From Lachnoclostridium sp. (GTDB lineage: Bacteria > Bacillota > Clostridia > Lachnospirales > Lachnospiraceae): a DNA stretch of 64,000 bases. Every line of letters starts with the position of its first letter. The first letter of the stretch is position 1. The notes under the pieces were generated by a model. That model did no database searches, was not told the origin of the DNA, and saw nothing but the letters and a program-made list of their open reading frames with translations. The stretch spans positions 14,899-78,898 of the forward strand of contig JAMPEY010000007.1 of assembly GCA_023664665.1 (NCBI GenBank). The letters run 5' to 3'. The translations under genes and the position numbers were made by a program. Shown here in pieces: positions 18,379 to 28,398 of the stretch.

Positions 18379-19378
18379 TTTTTTGCGGAACTGTCAAATA
18401 TGCCAGTTTCACCAACAGTCCGGAAAACGGCAGCAATAAAATAACAGATGTAATATTAAATAAGCTATGTATTGCCGCGATGCCAAAAGGCGTTGCGGCA
18501 TCCTGAAGAAGAGACAGCGGATGTAGTCGGCCGATAACCAAAAATGCCGTCATAAAGAACGCCGTACCTATTACATTAAAATATAAATGTATCAGTGTCG
18601 CGCGCTTTGCATTCGGGGAGGCTCCGATTCCCGCAAGCATTGCCGTGGCGCAGGTGCCGATATTCTGCCCCATAATCACAGGAATTGCCGCGCCATAGCT
18701 TATTTCTCCCGTCATGCATAGGATTTGCAGAATGCCTATGGATGCGGAGGATGACTGAATGGCGGCGGTAAATGCAGTTCCCGCAAGCATTCCCAACATA
18801 GGATGAAACGATAAACCTGTCAGCATATCCGTAAAAAATTTTTGATTCATAAGGGGCTTTACCGCTCCGCTCATCGTGTCCATGCCAAACATCAGCAGCG
18901 CGAACCCTACTAAAACAGCCGCAATTCTTTTTTGTCTGTCCCTGTGGGCGCCCATCTGCATAACCACCCCCACAATTGCCAAAACGGGAGCAAAAGAAGC
19001 CGGTTTTAACATTCGCACCAGAAAAGAAGAACTGTCAATTCCCGCAAGCCCCAGAATCCATGCTGTGACAGTGGTTCCCACATTAGCCCCCATGATAATG
19101 CCTGCCGCCTGCTCCAATGTCATGATTCCGGAACCGGTGAAGCCCACTGTCAGAACCGTCACTGCGGAAGATGACTGCATGAGCGCCGTTACGCCCGCGC
19201 CCACCAGCATGGCTTTTAACGGATTGGAAGCGGATTTTTTCAAGATATATTCCATCCTGCCGCCCTGAAATCCCTGCAGTCCTTCCCCCATAAGATTCAT
19301 TCCATACAAAAACAATGCAAGACCGCCCACCGCCGTTAAAAAGTCAAAGAAATCCATCTTTCCTCTCATTCCGTCCAC
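18341..19378 (-). CDS. Na+/phosphate cotransporter family protein (NptA-like)
   Basis: Two Na_Pi_cotrans repeats (QSSSA motifs). Confidence 0.8.
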   Translation of the reverse strand: MDGMRGKMDFFDFLTAVGGLALFLYGMNLMGEGLQGFQGGRMEYILKKSASNPLKAMLVGAGVTALMQSSSAVTVLTVGFTGSGIMTLEQAAGIIMGANVGTTVTAWILGLAGIDSSSFLVRMLKPASFAPVLAIVGVVMQMGAHRDRQKRIAAVLVGFALLMFGMDTMSGAVKPLMNQKFFTDMLTGLSFHPMLGMLAGTAFTAAIQSSSASIGILQILCMTGEISYGAAIPVIMGQNIGTCATAMLAGIGASPNAKRATLIHLYFNVIGTAFFMTAFLVIGRLHPLSLLQDAATPFGIAAIHSLFNITSVILLLPFSGLLVKLAYLTVPQKTRTLFPVPPSLR

Positions 19379-19914
19379 AAAGTCTGCAGAATGCCGTCCG
19401 CAATCGCCTGCGCAATGGCGTCAAACTGCTCGTCAAACAGAATATTGTCCGCGTCTGTATTGATAAATCCTACTTCCACCAGCACTGCAGGCATCTGCGT
19501 CTGATTCAATACCGCAAGATTATCCCTCTCATTGACTCCCTGATTCACAAAACCCACCTGTTCCAGCCTGTCATTGATGTTATATGCCATTCTGGCGGCA
19601 TTTCCGTATCTGTTATAGACAAGGGACTCCACTCCCGTATATTGATTGGGAAAAGGGCTGGAATTGCGGTGAATGGACACAAAATAATCCGCTCCCGCTT
19701 CATTCGCCTCCTGTGCTTTCGCAGAAGGAGCCTCATAAATATCCGTTGTTCTGGTATAATAGACATCCACGCCGTTTCTTTCCAAAATATTACCTACGGC
19801 CAAGGTTAACGCAAGAACATCATCCTTTTCCTGCCGTCCGTTGTAAACGGCTCCCGGATTGGCGCCCCCGTGTCCTGCGTCCAATGCGATCAAAGGCATA
19901 AAAATACCTCCCAC
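19366..19914 (-). CDS. N-acetylmuramoyl-L-alanine amidase (Amidase_3, CwlD-like)
   Basis: ALDAGHGG and SIHRNS zinc-ligand motifs. Confidence 0.8.
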   Translation of the reverse strand: MGGIFMPLIALDAGHGGANPGAVYNGRQEKDDVLALTLAVGNILERNGVDVYYTRTTDIYEAPSAKAQEANEAGADYFVSIHRNSSPFPNQYTGVESLVYNRYGNAARMAYNINDRLEQVGFVNQGVNERDNLAVLNQTQMPAVLVEVGFINTDADNILFDEQFDAIAQAIADGILQTLWTE

Positions 19915-19962
19915 ACTCTTTCTCTATTCTATGCGGGAGGGTATGTATTTGTGACAACAACA

Positions 19963-22200
19963 CTAATTATTTTTTGGCAGCCGCTGCCATGTCCCCATAA
20001 GCCGATATGCGTTTATATGGGTATAAACGATTTCTTCGTCAGATGTACGGAATGTGTGCCCGGTCAGGTTTCCCAATGCATCATAGGTTTTATCCTCCTG
20101 CTTTACCACATTTCCCTCTTCATCAAAGCAGTCAATATGCACGCAATTCCCATATGGGTCATATTGATATTCGTCCCATTTTAACAAATTTTTGTCCGCA
20201 TCATACACCAATTCCTTAGTGGCATGACCGGCTTCGTTATATTCGTACCACTCAATTACGCTTCCATCTCCGTCATACATGATTTTTTTACGCCTAACCT
20301 CATTTTCGTCATACTCCATCTCACACAGGGATGTCAGACTGCCATCACTGCGGTAGGCTGCATATTTAAGAGTATAACCTCTTTGGTCATAAGTTCTTTC
20401 TGTCCAAGAATCCATCCTGCCATCCTGATAAAAATAAGTGGTTTCTTTATGATGATAAGCATTGTCATGCTCAGCTTTATCCGGCTCGGCATCATCATGC
20501 TCATAACGGATTTCCTTCCGGCTCAATATGTCTTCTCCCTCATATTCTATGCTCCTTACCAATCTTCCCTCATTGTCATATGCATTATCAAAGCGCATAA
20601 CAATCTGTCTTTCACCACCATAAATTTCAAATTCGGTATATTGGATTACATTTCCCGCAGCATCACATTGATACTCGTATTCCTTATGGTTTACCGCCTG
20701 TCCGTCCGCATCATAGCTTACATCCTTTATAACTTCTCCCTTGTCATTATACTGCCACTCCTCCCAGCGGTCGATTTCCCCGTCCGCTCCATACCTTATA
20801 TCCTTCACAAGATTGCCGAAGGAGCCGTACTGATACTCTTCTTTTTTTCCATATTTATCATAGGTTATCGACTTTACCGGCATACCTCTGTCATACTCAT
20901 AAGCACACCGATAAAGCAGCTCCCCTTCTTTGTCATACTGCCTGTATTCTGTCTGGCTGCCGTTTTCGTCATATTCGTACTCTTTCCGCCAGTCATACTC
21001 TTCGTGATATTCCGCCAGTTCATCATTATAGCGGTGGGTGAACCAGAGGGTTCTGCCGTTTTCATCATACCCATACTCTTCCTGATACAGCATTTCACCG
21101 TTATGATAGCGGATGCATTTTGTCAATTCCCCATTCTCTCCATATTCTCTCTCCCAGCCGCTCTGCATCCGCCCCTTCTGGGAATAGTACAGGTTTTTTA
21201 CCTCATTTCCATGCGCATCATACACATACTGCCAGCTCATTTCCTGTAAGAACTGCTTGTTTCTATACCGTTTCGTCTTTGCTAATATCAGATTCTTCTT
21301 AAGAGAAGCAAATCGCTCCGCCAGTCCGTCATCTTTTGCTGCTTCTGCACCGTCCCGCAAAGCTTCCGCTGCCAATCCATACTCGCCACGGAGCATATAA
21401 ATATCCGCTTCGCGCCCATAAGCTTTTGCCGGGCGCGATGGAAGCAAGGCATTCTCTATTGAACCATTAGATAGCCCTGCTTCTTTGGACTGTCCTGTTT
21501 CTGTGGTTTTGCCTAACCCTCCAGATGCCCCTGTTTCCCCTGACTCTTCTGCCTTTCCAGACTCTCCCGTTTCCTGCTCCAATTCCTCCGGAAGCGGAAT
21601 GCCAGGCAGTCCTCCTTCTGTCTCTTCTATCGCATCTGTTTTGTCCGCCTTGTCTGTCTTATCTGCCTTCTCCAGCTTTTCCACTGTCTTGTCATCATGA
21701 AGGACATAAACATCTTCCCCCATGAGAATATAGCCCTCGTCCTCGCTATAGAGAATATCATAATAGCCTGCCTTCAAAACGGCACTGCTGTAATGATTGT
21801 CCTGCTTATGAATCCAGACAAAATGCTCACAAAAATAGTAATCAATAATGGTATTGCCCGTTTCCCCATACATACAAAGCTGGTACCTGAGCAGCTTTCC
21901 GTCACGGTCGCTGTATTTCACTAACAGCGCTCCGTTGTCGCTGTCCGCCGGGAAATCGCTTTCCTCAATAATTAATGCAGGGAACGCTTCTCCCGCGTCC
22001 TCACCGGAATCCATAGCATCACTTGTATACAAAGAAACAAATTGATTTATGTACTCTTCCATCTCCTGCGAAATATTGATTCCACCAATTTCCGCCTCTG
22101 TGCTCTGTGTTCCGGCGCCGCCCGTCCATGCGCAGGAAGACAGGGCAAGACAGATTGCGAAAAGGAACAAATTATATCTTATATTGCTTACGCTAACCAT
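19963..22200 (-). CDS. YD-repeat (RHS-like repeat) lipoprotein with acidic low-complexity linker; no recognisable C-terminal toxin domain
   Basis: Lipobox LALSSC. KADKTDKADKTD and SG-rich linker. More than 20 degenerate YD repeats (Y.YD..GN...). No PxxxxDPxGL RHS core or HNH/toxin tail seen. Confidence 0.55.
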   Translation of the reverse strand: MVSVSNIRYNLFLFAICLALSSCAWTGGAGTQSTEAEIGGINISQEMEEYINQFVSLYTSDAMDSGEDAGEAFPALIIEESDFPADSDNGALLVKYSDRDGKLLRYQLCMYGETGNTIIDYYFCEHFVWIHKQDNHYSSAVLKAGYYDILYSEDEGYILMGEDVYVLHDDKTVEKLEKADKTDKADKTDAIEETEGGLPGIPLPEELEQETGESGKAEESGETGASGGLGKTTETGQSKEAGLSNGSIENALLPSRPAKAYGREADIYMLRGEYGLAAEALRDGAEAAKDDGLAERFASLKKNLILAKTKRYRNKQFLQEMSWQYVYDAHGNEVKNLYYSQKGRMQSGWEREYGENGELTKCIRYHNGEMLYQEEYGYDENGRTLWFTHRYNDELAEYHEEYDWRKEYEYDENGSQTEYRQYDKEGELLYRCAYEYDRGMPVKSITYDKYGKKEEYQYGSFGNLVKDIRYGADGEIDRWEEWQYNDKGEVIKDVSYDADGQAVNHKEYEYQCDAAGNVIQYTEFEIYGGERQIVMRFDNAYDNEGRLVRSIEYEGEDILSRKEIRYEHDDAEPDKAEHDNAYHHKETTYFYQDGRMDSWTERTYDQRGYTLKYAAYRSDGSLTSLCEMEYDENEVRRKKIMYDGDGSVIEWYEYNEAGHATKELVYDADKNLLKWDEYQYDPYGNCVHIDCFDEEGNVVKQEDKTYDALGNLTGHTFRTSDEEIVYTHINAYRLMGTWQRLPKNN

Positions 22201-22457
22201 ATAGTCTCCCTTGTGTTTGTATTTCTATATTGGCATTATTCCTCTATTTCCGTTTCTCCAAACGCAATATCCCGGTAGAAAAGTGTGTCGTCAATCGTTG
22301 CAACATAATATTCCATATTTTCTTTATCCAGCTTTTTAATCATACATATATTAGGACTCGAAAAATTACGGTTGCGAAAATATAACTGAATATGTGCACT
22401 CCGGTTATTATATTTCTCATATACTATCCATTTCCGTTCCTACATTTTGACCCATGT

Positions 22458-23579
22458 TCAATGTTCAAACGCCGCAAAGTATTCCTGTGCCTTCTGCAGG
22501 GATAGATTCAGCTTTGCCTGCAGCCGCTCCAGAATGTCACTCTCCGAAAGCCCGCAATCCAGCCCTGTTTCTATAATTCCTTGCATAATACCTCTCGCAA
22601 GTCCTTGTTCTATTCCATCTTCCATGCCCCTCTCATACTCCTCAGTGCGTATGGCTCTTTCGTATGCCTCTTCGTCAAATTCATAGATGCTCATATGCCT
22701 TACCTCCGCCTTGTTCAACAAAAGGAAATCTTTCAGGATTCCTTCTTTAATGCATTCATCCACTGCACGGTCCACTGCTTCCTCCAAAGGCATAACGGCA
22801 GCGTATTCCCTTACCCTGTCCACATATTGCATATACTCCTTGAGGGTTGGGCACTTCTCCTTTAATTCCTCATTGTATCCCTCGTTGATATTGATGATCT
22901 GCACCATGAGCTCCAGCTGCGGTTCAGTCCCTTCCTTAGGGAAAATGGGACCCTTCGGGGAATCAGCCTTTTCCAAGGGACATCTTGTGTCCTTCGGGAA
23001 TGTATCCTTTCCCAGAGGACATTTTATGTCCTTCGGAAAGGCATCCGAGAGCCTCATGAGCTGCCTTTCCGGAAACGGACTTACTCCGTTGTAGAATACA
23101 ATAAAATGCGGCGCCGGGAGGGGGATTCTCCTGCTCCCATAGATATTTTCCCCTGCCGTAAGCTTTGCGTATTCCTCCGACACATACTGCAGGAAGCGGA
23201 ACGGCATGTTGAAGTTTATGGTGGATTGGCGCTCATACAGATGCAGCCGTAGCTCCACCAGAAATGCCAGATCGTTCTTGACCCCCATATAGACGGCATT
23301 CTCCAAGGTCACGATTTTAAGCTCCTCCGGGTCCCTGCAACCACTCCCACTGACCGCATTGTACAGCTCCAGCAAGTTCCTTTTGTCACCGAACAGCATC
23401 CGAAACACCGTGTCCCTGTACTGCCTCTTTGCCTGCGGGGGCTTCCCCTGTGGTTTTCTCCCCGGTCGGCTTTTCTCCGGCAGTTCTTCCGCCTGCCGCC
23501 TTTTCTCCTGTTGTTTCAAATTTCCTCCTTCCCATGGAAACCGAAAGGAAAAAACAGCCCTAGCGTTCACGGAATCCAT
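22458..23579 (-). CDS. Rpn/YhgA-like PD-(D/E)XK nuclease family protein (putative transposase, Transposase_31-like) with DUF4351-like tail
   Basis: D..F...F ... E.Q.S ... M.FR...Y ... LP...FIVFYNG pattern. Glu/Gly-rich helical C-terminus. K/R/P-rich 55-aa N-terminal extension. Confidence 0.5.
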   Translation of the reverse strand: MDSVNARAVFSFRFPWEGGNLKQQEKRRQAEELPEKSRPGRKPQGKPPQAKRQYRDTVFRMLFGDKRNLLELYNAVSGSGCRDPEELKIVTLENAVYMGVKNDLAFLVELRLHLYERQSTINFNMPFRFLQYVSEEYAKLTAGENIYGSRRIPLPAPHFIVFYNGVSPFPERQLMRLSDAFPKDIKCPLGKDTFPKDTRCPLEKADSPKGPIFPKEGTEPQLELMVQIININEGYNEELKEKCPTLKEYMQYVDRVREYAAVMPLEEAVDRAVDECIKEGILKDFLLLNKAEVRHMSIYEFDEEAYERAIRTEEYERGMEDGIEQGLARGIMQGIIETGLDCGLSESDILERLQAKLNLSLQKAQEYFAAFEH

Positions 23580-23831
23580 GCCTTATAAGATGTTTGGAAA
23601 TAAAAGCACAGATTTCGTTGAAATACATGAGAGAACTCCCTATCTGGAACGGCTGCGCCGCCTAAGATTCAAAGAATATATGCTTTGGGTTTATTGTATC
23701 AGAATATACGCATATGCGCAATACTTTTTACTTGTTTTAACATATAATTCCCGCATTATTGAATAATTGGATATAATATTGTGATAGTTCCCACATTTTC
23801 AAATCAATTAATCAAGTTCTATCGCAAAATA

Positions 23832-25652
23832 TTAAATCGCGAATTGACTATTATACAAATTTGCATAAAATCCGCCCTTCGCCAGCAGGCTCTCATGGTT
23901 GCCCTGCTCAATGATATTTCCATCCTTCATCACCAGAATCACATCCGCTTCCTGAATGGTGGACAGGCGGTGCGCCACGATAAAGCTGGTCCTGCCTTCC
24001 ATCATCTTTGCAAAAGCCTTCTGAATCCGAATCTCCGTGCGGGTATCAATAGAGGAGGTAGCTTCGTCCAATATCAGCATGGGCGGCAGGCACAGCATCA
24101 CTCTGGCAATGCACAAAAGCTGTTTCTGCCCTTGGGAAAGGCTTCCGCCGTCCTCCGTAATCACAGTGTCATAGCCCTGTGGCAGACGCTTGATAAAACT
24201 GTGGGCATGGGATGCCTTTGCCGCCTGAATGACCTCATCCTCCGTAGCTTCCGGTTTACCCATACGGATATTGTCCCGGATAGTGCCGCTGCGCAGCCAA
24301 GTATCCTGCAATACCATTCCATAGCCGGTGCGCAGGCTCCCTCGGGTAATCTCCCTAATATCCGTGCCGTCCACGCAGATACTGCCCCCATTCACATCAT
24401 AAAACCGCATTAGCAGATTGATGATCGTAGTCTTTCCACAGCCCGTAGGTCCCACGATTGCCACCCGCTGCCCCGGTTTTACCTGTAAATTAAAATCTTC
24501 AATCAGCTTTTTCTCCGGAACATATTGGAAATATACATGACTCAGGCTTACATTTCCGCTCGCATCGGCAAGTACCTTCGCCCCTTCGCTGTCCGGCGTC
24601 TGAGATTCTTCCTCAATCAGCTCAAAAATACGGGATGCACACACTAAGGCGTTCTGAAGTTCAGTAATAACACCCGATATTTCATTAAAGGGTTTTGTAT
24701 ATTGGTTTGCATAACTCAAGAAAATGGACAACTGCCCTACGCTGAATCCCCTGGTAATGGCAAAGAAAGCGCCACAGATTCCCACTCCCGCATACACCAA
24801 GCTATTAACAAAACGGGTGGCGGGATTGGTGATAGAGGAGAAAAAAATCGCTTTCAGGGAACATTTCTGTAATCTGCCGTTAATTTCGGCAAACTGCTCT
24901 CTCACCGCAGCTTCTCTGGAAAAAGTCTTCACCAGCTTCTGATTGTCTATGACTTCCTCTATCAACGAAGTCTGCTCTCCCCTTGTCACGGTCTGCTCCT
25001 GAAACATGGCATGGGTTCTGGTAGCAATAAATTTGGCAACCAAAAACGATACCGGGGTGATACACACTACCACCAGCGTAATGGGAATATTGGTCAGAAA
25101 CATAAAGCCTAATGTGCCGAAAATGGTCAATACCCCGGTAAAAAGCTGGGTGAATCCCATCAGCAGACCATCTGCGAAAGTATCCACATCCGCAATAATA
25201 CGGCTTACGATATCTCCATAGGCATGGGCATCCAGATATTTTAAAGAAAGCGTTTCCAGCTTGGCAAACGCCTCTTCCCTGATATCCTTAATCACATGAT
25301 AAGTAATATAATTGTTGCAGGTATTCATCACCCACTGCGCCGCTGCCGTAATTAACATAACAACTGCTATTTTTAATATAATGGCAGATATCTGTTGCAT
25401 ATCCACCTTTCCCCTGCCAAGCAGCAAGTCCACCGCATTGCCGGTCAGAATAGGAACATACAAAGTAAGCGCTACCGTGAGCGCCGCCAGCAAAACGGAC
25501 AGCGCCACGCTGATACGGTATTTTTTGATATAACGCAAAACTTTTCGTATGGTTTCCTTTTGTGCGGGTTTTGTTTGTGAAGTTTGATTTTTGCCCATGC
25601 TGATAACCATGCCTTTCCAATAACCTGCAGACCCTTTTTCGTTACTTTTCAT
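23832..25652 (-). CDS. ABC exporter, fused permease-ATPase (heterodimer partner A)
   Basis: 6-TM domain plus Walker A GPTGCGKTT, LSQGQKQ signature and Walker B ILDEATS. Confidence 0.88.
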   Translation of the reverse strand: MKSNEKGSAGYWKGMVISMGKNQTSQTKPAQKETIRKVLRYIKKYRISVALSVLLAALTVALTLYVPILTGNAVDLLLGRGKVDMQQISAIILKIAVVMLITAAAQWVMNTCNNYITYHVIKDIREEAFAKLETLSLKYLDAHAYGDIVSRIIADVDTFADGLLMGFTQLFTGVLTIFGTLGFMFLTNIPITLVVVCITPVSFLVAKFIATRTHAMFQEQTVTRGEQTSLIEEVIDNQKLVKTFSREAAVREQFAEINGRLQKCSLKAIFFSSITNPATRFVNSLVYAGVGICGAFFAITRGFSVGQLSIFLSYANQYTKPFNEISGVITELQNALVCASRIFELIEEESQTPDSEGAKVLADASGNVSLSHVYFQYVPEKKLIEDFNLQVKPGQRVAIVGPTGCGKTTIINLLMRFYDVNGGSICVDGTDIREITRGSLRTGYGMVLQDTWLRSGTIRDNIRMGKPEATEDEVIQAAKASHAHSFIKRLPQGYDTVITEDGGSLSQGQKQLLCIARVMLCLPPMLILDEATSSIDTRTEIRIQKAFAKMMEGRTSFIVAHRLSTIQEADVILVMKDGNIIEQGNHESLLAKGGFYANLYNSQFAI

Positions 25653-25807
25653 GATTTCCCATATAATCTTCCATGCCGAAGCAGCCTACTGCAATGATAT
25701 ACAATGCAGTTTTGGCATATTGCTTTGGTTCCTCATGTTATGTCATTGCCGTGCCATACTAATACTTCCAACAGCAAGTTCAAACATAAAATGTTATCAC
25801 AAGCCGC

Positions 25808-27643
25808 TCATTTCTCTTTCTCCTGCTTCGGATATTGGGAATAATAAATTTCCTGATATACCGTACAATTTGACAGCAACTCTTCATGGGTGCCTGCCCC
25901 TGCCATCTCCCCATCGTCCAGCACAATAATCTTATCCGCCTGCCGTATGGTGGATGCCCTCTGGGACACGATAAAAGTAGTGATCGGGTTCCCTTTATCA
26001 TCCGTCCCCAAATCCCGCAGAGCTTTTCGCAGTTTTGCGTCCGTGGCGTAGTCCAAAGCCGATGCGCTGTCATCCAAAATCAGGATTTCCGGCCTCCGCA
26101 CAAGTGCCCGGGCGATAGTCAGCCTCTGTCTCTGCCCGCCGGAAAGATTTTTACCGTTCTGGGCAATCTCGGCGTCCAGCTTTTTGTCCTTACCTTCCAC
26201 AACTTCCCTTGCCTGAGCAATATCAATGGCGTGCCACAGCTCTTCCTCCGAAGCGTCTTCCTTTCCCCACAGCAGATTGCTCCGGACAGTTCCCTTAAAA
26301 AGCACCGCTTTTTGCGGCACCACACCGATTCGCTGTCTCAATTCTTCCGCAGACATCTGCCCGATATTCGTTCCCTCCAGATAAATGCCACCCTCCGTCA
26401 CGGGATAAAAACCGGGAATCATGTTTATTAGAGAGGTTTTCCCGGAGCCGGTTCCCCCGATGATACCGATGGTTTCTCCACGGTTTACCGTGAAATTTAT
26501 ATCATGAAGGGTTTCCGCCCCCGCTCCTTCATAGGTGAGTCCCACATGGTCAAATACCAGATAGGGGGCATCCCTCCGGGAAATCCCATTCCCTGCTTTA
26601 CTCCTATGAAATTCCAATTCTCCGGCGCAAATGTCTTCTTTAGATACCGCTCCCTCAAAATTGCTCTCCCCGCCTGCAATCTCAAACACCGCCGACACGC
26701 GCCCTGCACTGGCGAGAGCTTTGGTCAGCAGAATGATCAGATTTGCCAGCTTCACCAGCTCCACCAGAATCTGGGACATATAATTGATAATGGCGACTAC
26801 TTCACCCTGAGTTAAATTTCCTATATTTACCTGAATTCCGCCTATGTAAATCAGCGCGATAATGGCTCCGTTTACAATAACATATGTTATTGGATTCATG
26901 CAGGCGCTTATTTTTCCTACATACATCTGCGCAGCCGCCAAAGCGTCCGTATTTTCCCGAAACCGTGTTTCCTCCTGCTCCTCCTGATGAAAAGCCCGGA
27001 TTACCCTGACTCCGGTAAGGTTTTCCCTTGTGATGCCCAGCACCCTGTCCAGCCTGTTCTGCACATTTCTGTACAGGGGCATGGTCCAAAGCATGATTCC
27101 GAAAACCACAACGCCAAGCAGTGGTATCGCCACCACAAATACAAGAGCGCTCTTTACATCAATGGTAAAAGCCATAATCATGGCGCCGAAAACAATAATC
27201 GGCGAACGCAAAAACAGGCGCAGCACCATATTGACTCCCGACTGCACCTGATTGATGTCGCTGGTCATCCGGGTAATCATGGTGGAAGTGCCGGCCTTAT
27301 CAATATTCGTAAAATTCAGGGACTGAATATGGTCAAACAGCGCCTGCCGCAGCTTCGTGGAAAATCCCACCGCCGCCTTTGCCGCAAAAAACTGCGCCGT
27401 GACAGAGGATACAAGCCCCACCACGCCCAAAGCAAAAAGGCACAGTCCCATTTTTGCGATATACCCCATATCCTTATTGGCAATGCCGATATCAATAATA
27501 TTTGTCATCACCAAAGGAACCAAAAGCTCAAAGAAAGCCTCCAGCAGCTTAAACAGCGGCGCCAGCACCGATTCTTTTTTATAATCCTTAAGATAAATCA
27601 TTAATTTTTTCATAATCGCAGCATTCTTCCTCATCCCGCACAC
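25808..27643 (-). CDS. ABC exporter, fused permease-ATPase (heterodimer partner B)
   Basis: 6-TM domain plus Walker A GGTGSGKTS, LSGGQRQR signature and Walker B ILDDSAS. Confidence 0.88.
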   Translation of the reverse strand: MCGMRKNAAIMKKLMIYLKDYKKESVLAPLFKLLEAFFELLVPLVMTNIIDIGIANKDMGYIAKMGLCLFALGVVGLVSSVTAQFFAAKAAVGFSTKLRQALFDHIQSLNFTNIDKAGTSTMITRMTSDINQVQSGVNMVLRLFLRSPIIVFGAMIMAFTIDVKSALVFVVAIPLLGVVVFGIMLWTMPLYRNVQNRLDRVLGITRENLTGVRVIRAFHQEEQEETRFRENTDALAAAQMYVGKISACMNPITYVIVNGAIIALIYIGGIQVNIGNLTQGEVVAIINYMSQILVELVKLANLIILLTKALASAGRVSAVFEIAGGESNFEGAVSKEDICAGELEFHRSKAGNGISRRDAPYLVFDHVGLTYEGAGAETLHDINFTVNRGETIGIIGGTGSGKTSLINMIPGFYPVTEGGIYLEGTNIGQMSAEELRQRIGVVPQKAVLFKGTVRSNLLWGKEDASEEELWHAIDIAQAREVVEGKDKKLDAEIAQNGKNLSGGQRQRLTIARALVRRPEILILDDSASALDYATDAKLRKALRDLGTDDKGNPITTFIVSQRASTIRQADKIIVLDDGEMAGAGTHEELLSNCTVYQEIYYSQYPKQEKEK

Positions 27644-28379
27644 AGCAGGCTATTTTATAACCCTCGGACAAACTGCCCTCGGACAGACTGCCTGAAGGCA
27701 GACTGTATTCCGCCCAGGAAGTGCCTTTCAGCCACCGGACATCCAACTCGCTGAAATCCCTGCCGGCAGCATCCGCAATTCCTTCTCCCGTCATCTTTCC
27801 ATAAGCTTCCTTGCGGGTCCAAAGCCGGAAAAAAGCCTCCGTTCTCTCTTTTTCGGAAAGTCCGGCTAACCATTCCCTCTCTCTCTCATGGAAAAAACGA
27901 TTGCTGATTTGCCGTTCCCTGACGGTTTTCTGCTTCTGAATGTCCACTCCCACCTCATGCTCCGACACCACACATATCACATAATCGCCGGAGTGGGATA
28001 AATTAAAAAACAGGGGAATATCCCTAAAATAAGGTTTTCCCCTTTTTCCGTAAATATAAGAAGGAGAAAGCGGCACAGGCAGTTCCTCTACAAGCCGGGC
28101 AAGGGACAATTCCTCCACTAACCCTCCGGCAAGCCGGGCACCTTTGGCAAGCCGGGCACCCTCAACAAGTTGAGGGGGGAGTGTATGCACTGTATACATT
28201 GTATGCACTGTATACAATGACCACTGTATCAGAAGTCCGGCTCCGGCACAGGCTCTTCTCTTCTCCGGCAGGACGATTGACTCCATTTTCTTTAACCGTT
28301 CCCGATCTATTTTTTTAAGAACCGCTTCCTCCATGGCGTCCAAGTCCGCCACATTGAGAAGATAACCTCTCGCCCGCAT
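27588..28379 (-). CDS. Sfp-type 4'-phosphopantetheinyl transferase (start taken at the internal Met just after aspS)
   Basis: FNLSHSGDYVICVVS...GVDIQ and WTRKEAYGK motifs. Confidence 0.7.
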   Translation of the reverse strand: MRARGYLLNVADLDAMEEAVLKKIDRERLKKMESIVLPEKRRACAGAGLLIQWSLYTVHTMYTVHTLPPQLVEGARLAKGARLAGGLVEELSLARLVEELPVPLSPSYIYGKRGKPYFRDIPLFFNLSHSGDYVICVVSEHEVGVDIQKQKTVRERQISNRFFHEREREWLAGLSEKERTEAFFRLWTRKEAYGKMTGEGIADAAGRDFSELDVRWLKGTSWAEYSLPSGSLSEGSLSEGYKIACCVRDEEECCDYEKINDLS

Positions 28380-28398
28380 TTTCCTGCCCCTGTCCTTA

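Noticed and set aside
20224-21249. 341-aa plus-strand ORF antisense to the YD-repeat gene
   Set aside because: Extremely hydrophobic, low-complexity (I/F/L-rich) translation of the reverse complement of the Y/D/E-rich repeats. It is the mirror image of a convincing gene and has no start context.
23580-23831. AT-rich 250-bp spacer between the Rpn-like gene and the ABC exporter
   Set aside because: Looked for small ORFs or repeats. Only a 135-aa low-quality plus-strand frame and generic AT-rich promoter-like sequence were present. Nothing supportable.
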